From Antedon mediterranea (taxonomy: Eukaryota; Animalia; Echinodermata), in NCBI RefSeq assembly GCF_964355755.1, contig NC_092672.1, forward strand, positions 20,473,237-20,537,236: a stretch of DNA of 64,000 nucleotides, in the 5' to 3' direction. The translations under genes and the position numbers were made by a program. The notes beneath the pieces were generated by a model, which did no database searches, was not told the origin of the DNA, and saw only the letters and a program-made list of their open reading frames with translations. Positions within the stretch are counted from its first letter, which is position 1. Each line of letters starts with the position of its first letter. Of the stretch, positions 13,398 to 27,043 are shown one piece after another.

Positions 13398-14481
13398 TTA
13401 GAGGAAGGGATAGTATATAGGTTGAGTTTAAAGCCACAATGTGCAGATGATCCCAATGATTGCTTCATTCTTTGCCATTGTGATGAGCTGTCAACATTAG
13501 AGAAAGGGATAGTATATAGGTTGAGTTTAAAGCCACAATCTGCAGATGATCCCAATGATTGCTTCATTCTTTGCCATTGTGATGAGCTGTCAAAATTAGA
13601 GGAAGGGATAGTATTTAGGTTGAGTTTAAGGCCACAATCTGCAGATGATCCCAATGATTGCTTCATTCTTTGCCATTGTGATGAGCTGTCAAATTAGAGG
13701 AAGGGATAGTATTTAGGTTGAGTTTAAAGCCACAATCTGCAGATGATCCCAATGATTGCTTCATTCTTTGCCATTGTGATGAGCTGTCAACATTAGAGAA
13801 AGGGATAGTATATAGGTTGAGTTTAAAGCCACAATCTGCAGATGATCCCAATGATTGCTTCATTCTTTGCCATTGTGATGAGCTGTCAAAATTAGAGGAA
13901 GGGATAGTATTTAGGTTGAGTTTAAAGCCACAATCTGCAGATGATCCCAATGATTGCTTCATTTTTTGCCATTGTGATGAGCTGTCAAATTAGAGGAAGG
14001 GATAGTATTTAGGTTGAGTTTAAAGCCACAATCTGCAGATGATCCCAATGATTGCTTCATTCTTTGCCATTGTGATGAGCTGTCAACATTAGAGGAAGGG
14101 ATAGTATTTAGGTTGAGTTTAAAGCCACAATCTGCAGATGATCCCAATGATTGCTTCATTCTTTGCCATTGTGATGAGCTGTCAACATTAGAGGAAGGGA
14201 TAGTATTTAGGTTGAGTTTAAAGCCACACTCTGCAGATGATCCCAATGATTGCTTCATTCTTTGCCATTGTGATGAGCTGTCAACATTAGAGGAAGGGAT
14301 AGTATTTAGGTTGAGTTTAAAGCCACAATCTGCAGATGATCCCAATGATTGCTTCATTCTTTGCCATTGTGATGAGCTGTCAACATTAGAGGAAGGGATA
14401 GTATTTAGGTTGAGTTTAAAGCCACAATCTGCAGATGATCCCAATGATTGCTTCATTCTTTGCCATTGTGATGAGCTGTCA
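13398..14481 (+). repeat. 99-bp minisatellite, about 11 units
   Basis: Unit TTAGAGGAAGGGATAGTATTTAGG...GAGCTGTCAACA; units 3 and 6 are 98 bp; explains the repetitive ORFs on both strands. Confidence 0.95.
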
Positions 14482-14696
14482 CACAAGTTTCTTTTTATCA
14501 TTAAGTATCTACCACTAGTATTCAAATAACTCATAATTTTATCATCATGTTTTTATGTCTGTGAAAAGAAGCTGTGTATTTATTAAAGCAGTTTACTTTA
14601 ATATAAAAATGTTTTTATTTGAATTGAAAAATTGTTTTTTTTTTATAATATAACATTATACATTGTTTTTGCGTTTTCTTTCAGTTTAGCAATACA

Positions 14697-14747
14697 ATGG
14701 CTCTCCATAGAAGGCTGGTTAATCTTTGTAAATTCAATGGCATTCAG
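14697..14747 (+). CDS. Ankyrin-repeat gene, putative first coding exon (MALHRRLVNLCKFNGIQ)
   Basis: Polypyrimidine/AG acceptor just upstream, ACAATGG start context, 51 nt, CAG|GTAGGC donor, phase 0 and in frame with the next exons. Confidence 0.55.
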
Positions 14748-15386
14748 GTAGGCAAGTTTACACTGTTTTAGGATAATAGCATTTAACCAGCAACAATTAT
14801 AGCAACACTATCACATTAACAACTTAATAAATTGTTCTATTAGCTTATGATATGGAAACAAAAGAGAACTAAAACAAGTAACTAAATAAATTAAATAGTG
14901 ACAACAAATTACAGTATTACAATGAACAAAATAATCACTGTAGTGCTTCTATGCTGGTGGCTCATTTGATGTGATTGTTTTGATTTAATTTATTGGACCA
15001 GCATGATATCAATACAATACATGCAATACAACATATGAAAAATGTTGGGCAGGGGCAGCTTAAGCAAAATACATTGCTGTAAATCAAATGAACCAGCTAC
15101 CCCTCATACAAAAATAAATATTAAAAAATAATTAAATACAAATTTCATTAAAATTTTTCTATAAAAATATGTTTACAAAATTAATGTAAATACAAAATTT
15201 AAGGCAAGAAGAAAAAAAAATTATTTATTTGGGCAATCTAATATTATTATAATGATAATATTATAATATAATGGCTGTAATTTAATACATAGAATGTATG
15301 TTGTCGTCTATGTTTACTATAGTATATATGTATTTTTAAGAAAAATGTAACTGAATGCATATTGATCTATATGTTTTATTTCATAG

Positions 15387-15461
15387 ATTGCAGGGGAAAA
15401 AACTGCTAAAGAAATTTGCCATTTCATTGTTAGCAACAATGCTGTCAACATCCAAGACCAG
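15387..15461 (+). CDS. Ankyrin-repeat gene exon, N-capping partial repeat (IAGEKTAKEICHFIVSNNAVNIQDQ)
   Basis: TTTCATAG acceptor, CAG|GTAT donor, 75 nt, phase 0; ends in the ankyrin VNxQD motif. Confidence 0.7.
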
Positions 15462-17286
15462 GTATACATCAATTTGTTTTCCTTTGTAATGAATTTGATA
15501 TGTACGTTAAATTACTTGACACTAATTAAAGTACGTCAATACTAATTTGTTTTTAAGATCTTTTATAATTGTTCTCTGGTTGCATATTTGCAGTTAACAT
15601 TCACACTTATTGTTAAAAGCATCATATTTTTTTCTCAACATAATTGTTTCACTTCTTGAGCATTTTTTTGTGTTAACAAGTTTTTTGTGTGTTTATATTT
15701 TATCTTAGCTGTATGTTAGATGGTTTGTCAATATAATTGAGTACTCTTTCTTTCAATAATGTTTGCTCTGACAATTTGGTTGGCTAATACCGGATTTGAA
15801 TAATGGCTTGGTAACCCAATCCCCTGTAATTGTAATTAATTTCAGAATCTGAACAATGATATAATTATTAATAATATAATAATAATTTGATAACTAAACA
15901 AACTTTTATTAACATCATACTAGAGTAGTAGAAATATATACTTTTCATTTATTAAACTTTATCACTGAAAGAAAAATACAAGGCACAAGACAGTGAAAAA
16001 AAGTTATGAACAGGTGGCAAGCACTTCTATCCACATTGGACCCCTTGTACAAATAACAAAACATAAAAACACAAACATTTAAGATATAAAAATAGCTGAA
16101 ATTATACTATTTTCAGTTTCATATACAAAGCGCAACATTTAAGACCTGGCCACAACAAGCATAATGGAGGTACACATCTAATTGGTGACAGTGGTTTAGG
16201 CTACTTTTGTGCTTTCCTGGCAGCTAGTGACTATGATTTTATATTTTCTTCTTGCGTCGTGTTTGTTTAATTTGTTGATTTGTATTATATTTTGTAAAAT
16301 GTATCTTTTGAATAAATAATAATAAATAATATAATACCTACAATGGGAAAAGATAATACCCATGTGCATGTAATGTCAGGGTCAAAGTTATTTAACAATT
16401 TTTCTCTTGTAAAGTTTACATATAGTTTAATGAATTGTGGAATATTATTCGATCTGATACAAAACGTTAGTAGATTCCAAATGGGAATAATCCTTTTAAA
16501 AATATGATTAATTTAGGGGATTTAGCTTTACACTTCACAGACTTCTTATTTAATGTTACCATTTAAGTTATTGTAAATGTATGCTTCTTTTATTTCGTGA
16601 TAAATATAAATATTTCTAAATATATGTTGAATGAAACTTATAAAGAGACATAAGAACAAACAGATGCAGTTCTGGTAACCCCGTAGCCTTCAGAAGAAAA
16701 GTAAAATTATAAAACAGCCTAAAACATGGTAGAACACTGGAGGCCGATTATTCAAATTTTGTCACAAACCCCTTTTCTCCCTCCCTATTTTTCAAGGCTG
16801 AATCCGCAAATGGGATTTATTAACAATTTTGTTGATATGATCATCCCAACATTTACAACTTGATCCTCTGTCAGTCAAAATGACTCATTAATAATATTAT
16901 TATTAATCATAATCGTTTCCTTTGTGGTGTTTTTTATCTACTCATCTGACCGCGAATATATAAATAAATTGAAATTTCCCACGGTAGAGGTATGATGGCA
17001 CCACATGGTGAACCATAATGAACTAGTAGTACTGTAGTAAATAGGCTTAGGCCAACTTCTAAAAATAAAACTTCCAGTTGAACCAGAAACGATGCCGACA
17101 ACAAAAGATCGTTAACATTCTAAATATAGACCTAGAATTTGTTGGCAGGCCTGGAAAACGCGACGAAGATTGTTTTCTAGATTTTGTGTCTCATGACATG
17201 AAACGCGATACTCTCTCTCCAAATGAACAGTACCCATACGTAGGGGTGTCTAGAAAACTGAGATCTAGAATACTCAGATCTCAGAT

Positions 17287-17322
17287 ATATCTGAGTTTTC
17301 TAGATCTAGAAAACTCAGATAT
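17287..17322. repeat. Perfect 36-bp palindrome, probably subterminal motifs of a truncated DNA transposon
   Basis: ATATCTGAGTTTTCTAGA|TCTAGAAAACTCAGATAT, followed by a CTAGCACTG terminus-like end; no matching TSD found. Confidence 0.75.
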
Positions 17323-17645
17323 CTGACTAGCACTGTAAGTAGAAAAGCTTTTCTTTACACAATAGTTTGCATTCTGGCTAACTATTTCAAAATAAAATTG
17401 ATTATACTGTAGATGATATAGTTAGTATAATCTATTTTATAGTTTAGAATTAAAGTATACTTTGATCATGAGCATAAGAATAGTTTACACAACAATACAT
17501 TTACAATTCTTTGTAGAAATAATCATTTAAAATTGATATTTGTTTTTAGAAAAATTATTTTCAACATTGACAAAATATTAACTTTGATTAAATTAAGGAT
17601 ATTTATAAGATTATTAATGAAAACATTTCTTCTGGTTTTGATTCG

Positions 17646-17794
17646 TATATTGATATGTAGTTCTTTGATAGTAAACCAGTTATGTAAACTTACGTTTGCA
17701 AGACAGTTTCGTCAAGCTGACACCTAGATGAAACTGTCTTGCAAACGTAAGTTTACATAACTGGTTTACTATCAAAGAACTACATATCAATATA
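17646..17794. repeat. Perfect 65-bp-arm inverted repeat (hairpin)
   Basis: 17646-17710 is the exact reverse complement of 17730-17794; 19-nt spacer. Confidence 0.95.
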
Positions 17795-17884
17795 AGATTA
17801 TTAGTCATTTTTTGTGTGTGTTTAGATATTAAGAAATGATGTACATGTTTTGTAACCTTGATTATTATTTAATATTTTCAATAG

Positions 17885-17983
17885 GATGGCTATACAGCAT
17901 TAATGTATGCTGCTTATGCAGGTAATACAACCATCTGCCAACTGGTCTTAGATGGAGGAGCTGATGTCAATATGCAGACTAAT
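17885..17983 (+). CDS. Ankyrin-repeat exon (DGYTALMYAAYAGNTTICQLVLDGGADVNMQTN)
   Basis: TTTTCAATAG acceptor, GTAAGT donor, exactly 99 nt, phase 0; canonical G-TAL-AA--G----LL--GADVN. Confidence 0.92.
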
Positions 17984-18772
17984 GTAAGTCATACAAACAG
18001 TTTAACATTAATTTAAACCTTCAGTGAAACAAATCAATAAATTTAAACTATTGTTTTTAGATTTTAGATGACTACCACCACTATAAGACTTTAGGAAAAT
18101 CATAGATATTATATAATATCTCTATGGGAATATTAATTTAGTTGACAATACACTACTGTAGTATCCATGTTATTATACTATTGTAGTTATATTATAATAA
18201 TACCAATTCTCGTAACAAACATATTTTAAATATATCTTGTACATTCTTAAAATGAATAGAATGACACAATACTGGTGTGTGAGGTCAATATAGAAATGAT
18301 GAATATTATAAGTTATAAACACATGCGTAATAACTTATTTTCTTCTTTTTTTACAAATTCTCATACTATTCTGATTAAATTTGCAATCACATTTTTTTAT
18401 TAAGAACATGTATACTTCAAGTTACTTGTTTACACACTGTTATACCATAACATATTATTGTTATGGTATAACAATGTATTCAATAATATACACATTTATT
18501 TTCCATAATTCATTGCCGAATGCTGCTTTAGAAATAAAGTGTGAAATGAATTTTACAGCTCAGTTTTTAAGCATTTTTGCTATTGATTATTATAATTTAA
18601 CTACAGTACTCTGTAAAATAAAAAATGATGATAGCATACACCTCAATCATCAAAGTTTGTAAAGTTAAATGGTATTATAGTCAGTATGTTTTTATAAATT
18701 GATAACATTCAATAGAATACTCATAACACTTTTCATAGCATAAACTTCTTTTGAATATTTAACTGTATTTTA

Positions 18773-19695
18773 CAGGGGCGGATCCAGGATATTGAAATAG
18801 GGGTGGCGTAGTTTTGCGAGCGAAGCGAGCAAACATTGGCATTGGCTGGGGGCCAGGGGGCCGCCAAGGGCCCCTGGAAATGTTGGCGTTCTAGCGCATT
18901 GTAAGTCGTTTAAAACGATTTACAAACATCTCATATTTGTCATACCAAACACTCTAAAGCTCGCAAATGTGGAACATGCAGCTGATATACTTACCTAGGG
19001 TACCAAAGCAAGCTAACAACTTGCCTGTACTTTACATCTAAATTTTTACAACGCGACGATGTTTTTCAGCTTTTATATAAGCATAAACTTGTCCTAGCCT
19101 AGGCCGGTATTATTTTCTTACACGCGCGCCGGGTCGATTGCGGTGACTACTTCTTCGCATGCAGCTAGTAAAATGACGTCACGTTAAAGCGGGTGATAGT
19201 CTCATGCATATTAATGAAGTAAACTTGCTGAGAGTGTTTTCCACCACCACGTAACACATGCGACGGGAGATTTATCAAAACTCCGAGCCATCGACTGACG
19301 ATCATGTTTTTGACGCCTAGTATAGTAGCACTGACCATGTGGCTTCATCAACTATTCATTGACTGTGATTGATCGTCGGAGGTACCGCTACTCTACAATA
19401 CGGGAGTGACGATCACAATGGATGCCGACCTGCTTAGTGGAATACGACCAAGCTCACCACGTGGCTTTTATCAACTTGCTCCTTTTACACTTAACTGTGA
19501 ATGATCTTTGGTAACGCTACAGATTGATAGTACACAAAGGATGTCGACGTACATGCTTGGTGGAATGCGATCAAGTTGACGATAGGCTCCGACGTACTAT
19601 TTTCACTATGAAAATGTGCAAACCATCGGTTTGATGACCGTCGAAACGATACATGTTTTTAAAATCTATTTGATTGCCCCATACGTCCGCCACTG
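18773..19695. mobile_element. Non-autonomous DNA transposon, superfamily unassigned
   Basis: Imperfect TIRs CAGGGGCGGA / TCCGCCACTG; TTTTA on both flanks; GC/CpG-richer than the surrounding intron. Confidence 0.7.
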
Positions 19696-21194
19696 TTTTA
19701 GTATTAGGCAGGTCAGAAAACAGGATTAACATTTGTTGATATAAGTATGTACATTTAAAAAAATAAGTTGTGAATATGAATCACGTCTATCATCAACCTT
19801 CACCTTGATTCCTTTGCTCTTTATAGTTTGAGGATATTTCTAGATTAAAATGAAATATCTATGCTGAAATGAAAGGTAGTGAGGATTACTTTTGATAGAA
19901 GGGCTGTTCTTACCTAAAATTAGAGCAAATACATAAGCCCATAACACCATAATAATATTATGACAAAATATATATTACATACACACACATATATTATACA
20001 AATTTCATATTTTTTGTGGTATATTGTTCTGTATAATTTTGAAGATCCTAAGTTGTTTAAATTTAACCAATGGCAGCATATCATAGTTAAAATTATTTGA
20101 GTTGCTCCTACAGCCTTGTGTTAAATGTTAGTTGGAACCATTGTTATAATTTTAAATCTTTTGGTTTAGGAACCAAATTCAAGCCTATTAAATTCCATTG
20201 ATTTGCTACTCATATATTTTTGTAATTTTTTGGTTAAATTTAGCTATTTTAGGGCTTTCAACAATCTACAACATTTTAATTTTTATGGGCTAGTCAGAAT
20301 ACAATATCTAGCTATTTTTTGGTTTTCAACAATCTACAACATTCTTTTTTTATGGGCTAATTAAAATAATACAGTATCTAGCTATTATTTGGATTTTCAA
20401 CATCTACAGTATTCTAGCTAATTTTGGGTTATTTAAAACTGATTGTAAATTGCTAAAGGCCACATAACAAACAAAACTTGTTTAGCGTCCCCTGCCCTCC
20501 CAGATGTTTGGCTTTTCTCTGGTGTAATTTTTTTTTTGTGTTAAACAGTTTATGAGAAAAAATTGCTTTAATTGATTGAAGCTTAACACTAACATTATTG
20601 TGGTTATAATCAAGAAATTGCAAATGACAAGGCAATTAAATTAATTCAACAATACATTGATAAAGATGCACACAAGTCTAGTCAACAATTCTTGCATAAG
20701 CTATATTTAAATTTTTAATTTTAGTTTAATGAATTTAAGATTTTTTTTTCACACTTAATGTAAATTAATTCTGCCCACCTATCTCCAAATAACCCACAAA
20801 ATTATAGATGATACAATCTGTTTCATATTTCAGAATTTATTAATATACCTTATATTTTAGTGAACAAAATGCCATAAGTAAGAAGCAATTTTTTTATTAA
20901 CCGATAGAAGCATAATGTATATTTTCAAATGTAAAACAAATCGGAATAGCTCACACAAAACAATAAATTGTACATGCTTTATAAAACAATATTTAAAAAT
21001 GTATTGTTTCGAAAATTAACTAAAGACATTGTTGTGGGAAAATAGGACAAGTAGATCAAAATGCAAGATAAACATTTATTATTCAATAAGGATGTTGTAT
21101 AAAACTATAAGATATTTAATCATTTTGTTTTATTAAGTATTAATATGATGTAAGTATGTTTTGTAATATTGTTAATGTTTAATATATTCAATAG

Positions 21195-21282
21195 AATGAT
21201 CATACAGCATTACATGTTGCTGCTCAAGTGGGCAGTACTGAAATCTGCAATCAGATATGCCTGCAGGAGCAAAATGTTCAAA
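21195..21282 (+). pseudogene. Dead ankyrin exon (pseudo-exon)
   Basis: Acceptor context paralogous to 17885; NDHTALHVAAQVGSTEICNQI, then deletion/frameshift (AGA motif out of frame); donor position reads ATAAGT instead of GTAAGT. Confidence 0.75.
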
Positions 21283-21669
21283 ATAAGTCATACATTCATT
21301 ATTATTCATTATATGTTAATCTGAAATTTCACTCTTCAATTTACTTAATCGAATAGTAATACATTCTTAAAATTTTTCAAAAAAAAAACACAGAATTGAT
21401 CAATAAATGTGTAATAATATGCCAAAATAGTATGAATAATTTTATTCTGAAATAATTATGAACAACACTTGTTATTTGTATAAAATAAAATTCTCAAAAT
21501 CATCTATTAAAACTTGTAATCAACTGTTTGTATTAGCAAATGTACTTCACGTTTGTGCATGCATGATCTTATATACACATAAAACACAATATTTTTGATG
21601 TGAGTAAAAGATTTCATCATTCAATGCTAAAATGAGAACTTGAATTGTACAACACAGTTTTTAAATGTT

Positions 21670-22390
21670 TGTTATTTTATTTCATTTCATTTATTCATTC
21701 GACCAATAAACAGATACAGAACAGAAAAAAGCACATGGTCAGGGGAAAATAAAGCAAAACAATTACTATAACCGCCCTGGCTTTTAAACACGATGTAGCT
21801 CTCGTTCTGCGAATCCTAGCAACTAACGAAAAACAGTGACGTTAAGCTTGAAAATCCCCTTTTAGAATGTGACATCTTTTGTGCCTTCTATTTGCATAAG
21901 CGATGTTTAAGTAGTAATACGCAGGGTGGTTTTAGGCACTTTAGGTGCTAAAGGGGTAAAGAGCAATAGACATACTGTAAATTAAAACAACAAAATACAA
22001 AAAATATTGCACCAAGTAAAACATTTGTACAAGCTTATTAAAAAGTCTCTTGATGTTCAAAATTAGTATAAGGGACCGATACATAAATATACAAAATTAA
22101 ATAACTAAAAGATTAATAATCGGTTATTGAAAATTTAACTACTGTAATATAATAGAAGTCGCCTTAACATAGTAGCACAAATTAAATTGTAAATTTTGAT
22201 TAAAATCTTTATTAACTCAAGATCCTGTATATTTATAGCATAACGGAACAAAATGTCCTTTTTTTAAAAAGAGCAAAATAGACATAAATTGGCATTTGTC
22301 AACATTGAGACAATTAAGAATTGAGAATAGAGTTGTAGCTTGATGATTAAGACGGTCGGATAGCAATCTATAAGGGTCCTGTGTTACATG
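21670..22390 (-). mobile_element. Degenerate 3' fragment of a CR1/L2-like LINE
   Basis: Minus-strand NHQATTLFSILNCLNVDKCQFMS resembles the LINE ORF2 C-terminus; AATAAATGAAATGAAAT-type tail. Confidence 0.4.
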
Positions 22391-23308
22391 TTTTTAAGAA
22401 TAAAAACTTATTTCATTGTATCCTATAACTTTTTTAAACATTGATGCTTTCAAGTAAATTTAAAACAATTAATGGATGGATATTATAATTGAAGACTATC
22501 TAAGTTGTAGTCCAGCAGATGCGGACATTCAGGCGACCCTTGTGAATCACAAACGTTAAAGAGTGAAAAAGTTCATTAAATTATGAAGCCTTGTCATAAA
22601 CAGTAGAATTGAAGCAATTTTATGATACATTACAGAAGGATAATCACTAGATTTATTTTTACATTTCATCTGACTCCAAAATCTTATTTGTACAGTAGCC
22701 TTGTATGTTTAGCTAAAGAATAAATTTACACTGACAGTACAGTATCTCAAGCTAACTTTAAATTGTTTTTTGTCATTTTTAAAAATACAAAACAGAAGAG
22801 CACAAAACAGGCCAATGTCAAAATTATTATTATATTAAGTTAATTTATACTACAGTGTCCACGAGCAAAGCACATCTACCTTATAAAATGAATAATGAAT
22901 AATATATTAAGATTTAATGACAATTTTTGACAAAATGTGTTTTATAACCTAAAATTAGAGCAAATATACCAAAACATGAGCCCATATTATTAACATGATA
23001 ATATTATGAAAAATTTGATATTTTTTGGTGGTTGTTGTGCTTTGTATAGCAAATTTTGAAAATGTCTAATTAACCAATGACAAGCAAATCATAGGTAAAA
23101 TTACTTGAGTTGCATCTAAAGCATGTACTGTAGTACCTGTGTTGAATCTTAGTTGGAACCATTGTTATCATCTTAAGTCTTTGCTTTAGGAATCATATTC
23201 AATCCTTTTAGATAAACTATTTAGTTCTACTAGCCTTACTGGCCGTCTAACGGTAACCATCTACAGTGATTTTGAGATTCAGGAATCAAACATACTGTAG
23301 TACAGTAG

Positions 23309-24494
23309 AATAGTGCAACACAATATCTAGAAATTGATGTACAGATGACAATACATGTCAGAACAAATACTCAGAGGTACATTATAGCATTTATGTTATA
23401 AGAGTTTAGTTAATAGTACAACACAATATCTAGAAATTAATGTACAGATGACATGTCAGAACAAATACTCAGAGGTACATTATAGCATTTATGTTATAAG
23501 AGTTTAGTTAATAGTACAACACACTATCTATAAATTGATGTACAGATGACATGTCAGAACAAATACTCAGAGGTACATTATAGCATTTATGTTATAAGAG
23601 TTTAGTTAATAGTACAACACAAAATCTAGAAATTGATGTACAGATGACATGTCAGAACAAATACTCAGAGGTACATTATAGCATTTATGTTATAAGAGTT
23701 TAGTTAATAGTACAACACAATATCTAGAAATTGATGTACAGATGACATGTCAGAACAAATACTCAGAGGTACATTATAGCATTTATGTTATAAGAGTTTA
23801 GTTAATAGTACAACACAATATCTAGAAATTGATGTACAGATGACATGTCAGAACAAATACTCAGAGGTACATTATAGCATTTATGTTATAAGAGTTTAGT
23901 TAATAGTACAACACAATATCTAGAAATTGATGTACAGATGACATGTCAGAACAAATACTCAGAGGTACATTATAGCATTTATGTTATAAGAGTTTAGTTA
24001 ATAGTACAACACACTATCTATAAATTGATGTACAGATGACATGTCAGAACAAATACTCAGAGGTACATTATAGCATTTATGTTATAAGAGTTTAGTTAAT
24101 AGTACAACACAATATCTAGAAATTGATGTACAGATGACATGTCAGAACAAATACTCAGAGGTACATTATAGCATTTATGTTATAAGAGTTTAGTTAATAG
24201 TACAACACAATATCTAAAAATTGATGTACAGATGACATGTCAGAACAAATACTCAGAGGTACATTATAGCATTTATGTTATAAGAGTTTAGTTAATAGTA
24301 CAACACAATATCTAGAAATTGATGTACAGATGACATGTCAGAACAAATACTCAGAGGTACATTATAGCATTTATGTTATAAGAGTTTAGTTAATAGTACA
24401 ACACAATATCTAGAAATCGATGTACAGATGACATGTCAGAACAAATACTCAGATGTACATTATAGCATTTATGTTATAAGAGTTTAGTTAATAG
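23309..24494 (+). repeat. 98-bp minisatellite, 12 units
   Basis: Unit AATAGTACAACACAATATCTAGAAATTGATG...GAGTTTAGTT with period 98 (first unit 103); very few substitutions. Confidence 0.95.
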
Positions 24495-26324
24495 CCCCAT
24501 TTTGATATTTGAGTGTCTTTTTTGTTTTCATTAATTCTAAAAGCAAGTAATATAATTTAAAATACAAATTGCCGGTGCAATATTATTATAGTGCACACAG
24601 TAAAATGAATGTAGTCAGAAATGAAAAAATCTGAATCTTGTTAATATATTACATTTTAATATATCTTCTTTCTTGTTTGTTTGTGTATAAATAGACCTTT
24701 ATTATGTTTTTAATTATATGTTCATTGTCAGTGACATATTTTCCATCCTCATGTTTGGTGTAGGACATTAAAACTGCATTTCATTGTCATGTTTTCTTAG
24801 CTTTCAAAGCCTGTTCTTTAATATCAGTTCAAACTGGAGAACAACAACCTGGTTGAATATTCTAGCACCCAGTCTCCTATTATTCAATGTTTTTAATGTC
24901 TTGATTTGTGGTGAAAAGAATATTTGATTACAGATACAGATACAGATTTTAACTTTTATTGTCCAAATAAACTGGAAATTGCATTTGCTCACTTATCACA
25001 TAAAAATATCGTATAAAAATAGAGTATAAAAATAGAGTATAAAATGTAGAAAAACAATATAAATTAAATACAATAAATTATACAATATTGTGAAATAAGT
25101 AAATAATATTCTAATTTTAGCTAATTTATGTGAACATCATTCAATTTGAGGCCTCTAATATTAATCTCATATTTAATAGTAAACATGTCCTACTGTTTTA
25201 TAACAATTTGATCAATTTTAAATTTGAGTGCTAAAAACTTGTTTGCTAAATCTAAAACTTAGTTTTCTTCATCTTTCTGAGATAAAACATTATTTGAATG
25301 CCTTTCTGTTGAATTTGACAGTAAAACAAAGGTAATTTCATTGCAAACCATTGTTTATATCACCATGGTTAAGGACAGTTTTAAAGAAGACTCAATAGGC
25401 CAAATTTGTTTTTGTTACGTTTCAGGATTTTAATTTCTTATTTTTTATTTGAGAAATGTACACAATTTTTTAAAGATGGTCTTACAGTTCAGTTGTGTTA
25501 CATACCTTAGATTAGAGTGGGTAATAAATGCTTTATTTTTATTTTTTTTTATTACCATTAAAATATACAATGTAGCTAATAGATTAAAAAGTCATCCATC
25601 TCCAAAATTTGATTATAAAGAAAATGTGAAATTAATTAACATTTTGTTTTTATTTATTTTATCTTTCATATGTTATTACTCTATGATTTATATATACTAC
25701 AGCTTATGTATTCTCAGTGTTCTTTCTTTTTAATTAATTTGTGGTTAATTAAATTCCACAAATATAAAATTTATGGAGGGTGACATTTAAGTTTATCTAA
25801 ATTGTGTGCACAATAAAAAGAAGTTTGCTATTCATTTTGTATAACAAACACATGGAATATTTTAAAACACATTTTGTTTCTATTGTTCACTAATCATTGT
25901 ATACTTTATTGTTTTATAGCATTGCTATGTTTTAATATTGTTGTTGTTCCACTTTAGTGCTTTTTGACAATTAGGCTTAAATATAGTTGTTACTTTGTGC
26001 AAAACAATATCAGTTTTTTGTAGCAACAGTGTACAGTTATATGCTCTAATTTAAAATATAATCTTTAATGTGTATTATTATCAATACATAATGCTATACA
26101 TTTTGGTTTTTCACGCTATGGTCATAAATTTCCATTTGAAACACTTTATAAAACATTGAAAACAATAGTGCCTTGACCATTTTATTAAATTAATATACAT
26201 TTTTTTAAACAGTATTTAATCAATAGTTGCAGGTGTATTGTCCTCAAAATCATGAAAAATGAAGATTAATTACCGTAAATCAGATTTTAAATATGTTATT
26301 TTCTAGGGTTTTAATCAAGTTAAT

Positions 26325-27043
26325 CACTTCCGTAGAAAAAAAAAAAAAAAAAAATAATGTTTTCACTTATAAAATGACAAATAAATGGTTAAATATAACC
26401 AAAAACCAATTAGCTGCCAGTCACATTGAACATTTTTTCATTAAAATATTTAATTTGAATTTTTTTCAGGTAAATACATTTTTTAGGATCAAATTGTTGG
26501 TCAAAATGGATAACTATTATGTTACATTCAAAATGGCACATTCAACAAAAATGTTAAGAGTTTTTTTTTCAGGGGGACATCTTTAACAAAAACACTTAAC
26601 ATTTCACAAACCTTCAATTGTTCTTACATATGATTTTGTATTTTTGTATATGAAGTGCAATTTTTACAAATTGTTTTTTAGACAAGTCACTTAAATGCCC
26701 TATGATCCCTGTGCATTATAATGATCAAAGATGCTAGTTGTACTGAATATTTTAGTATGATGTTTTATTCATCATCTTTATTGATGAATTTTGCCATATT
26801 CTCTTTTATTGTCAATACACTACCAACTCTGTCCACCACCTCCTCCTCATTTAATAGTGAAGAGCAATGATATTAAAGGATGTAATATACACCCATTTTA
26901 GACCCATTTTTAGTTTTCCATAATACATTACAAGGGCCTATACATTTTATATTACACAGTGCCCTCACTCATCATTTATTACTTTTTAAAATTTCTTTTT
27001 TTGTTCGCACTTTCAGTACAAGTGTACTGTTCAACAAAAACCA
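26325..27043 (+). repeat. Duplicated intronic block, paralog at 51828-52533 and a more diverged one near 41760-42150
   Basis: Long colinear matches such as TTTCACTTATAAAATGACAAATAAATGGTTAA, GATCAAAGATGCTAGTTG and CAAGGGCCTATACATTTTATATTACACAGTGCCCTCACTC. Confidence 0.9.

Noticed and set aside
13245-14534. Repetitive Cys/His-containing ORFs as a real protein or ankyrin array
   Set aside because: They are products of a 99-bp tandem repeat; 98-bp units shift the frame, both strands are open, and there is no ankyrin consensus.
23309-24494. CRISPR-like array (also considered for 11150-11656 and 13398-14481)
   Set aside because: Units are contiguous with no unique spacers, there are no cas genes, and the context is eukaryotic.
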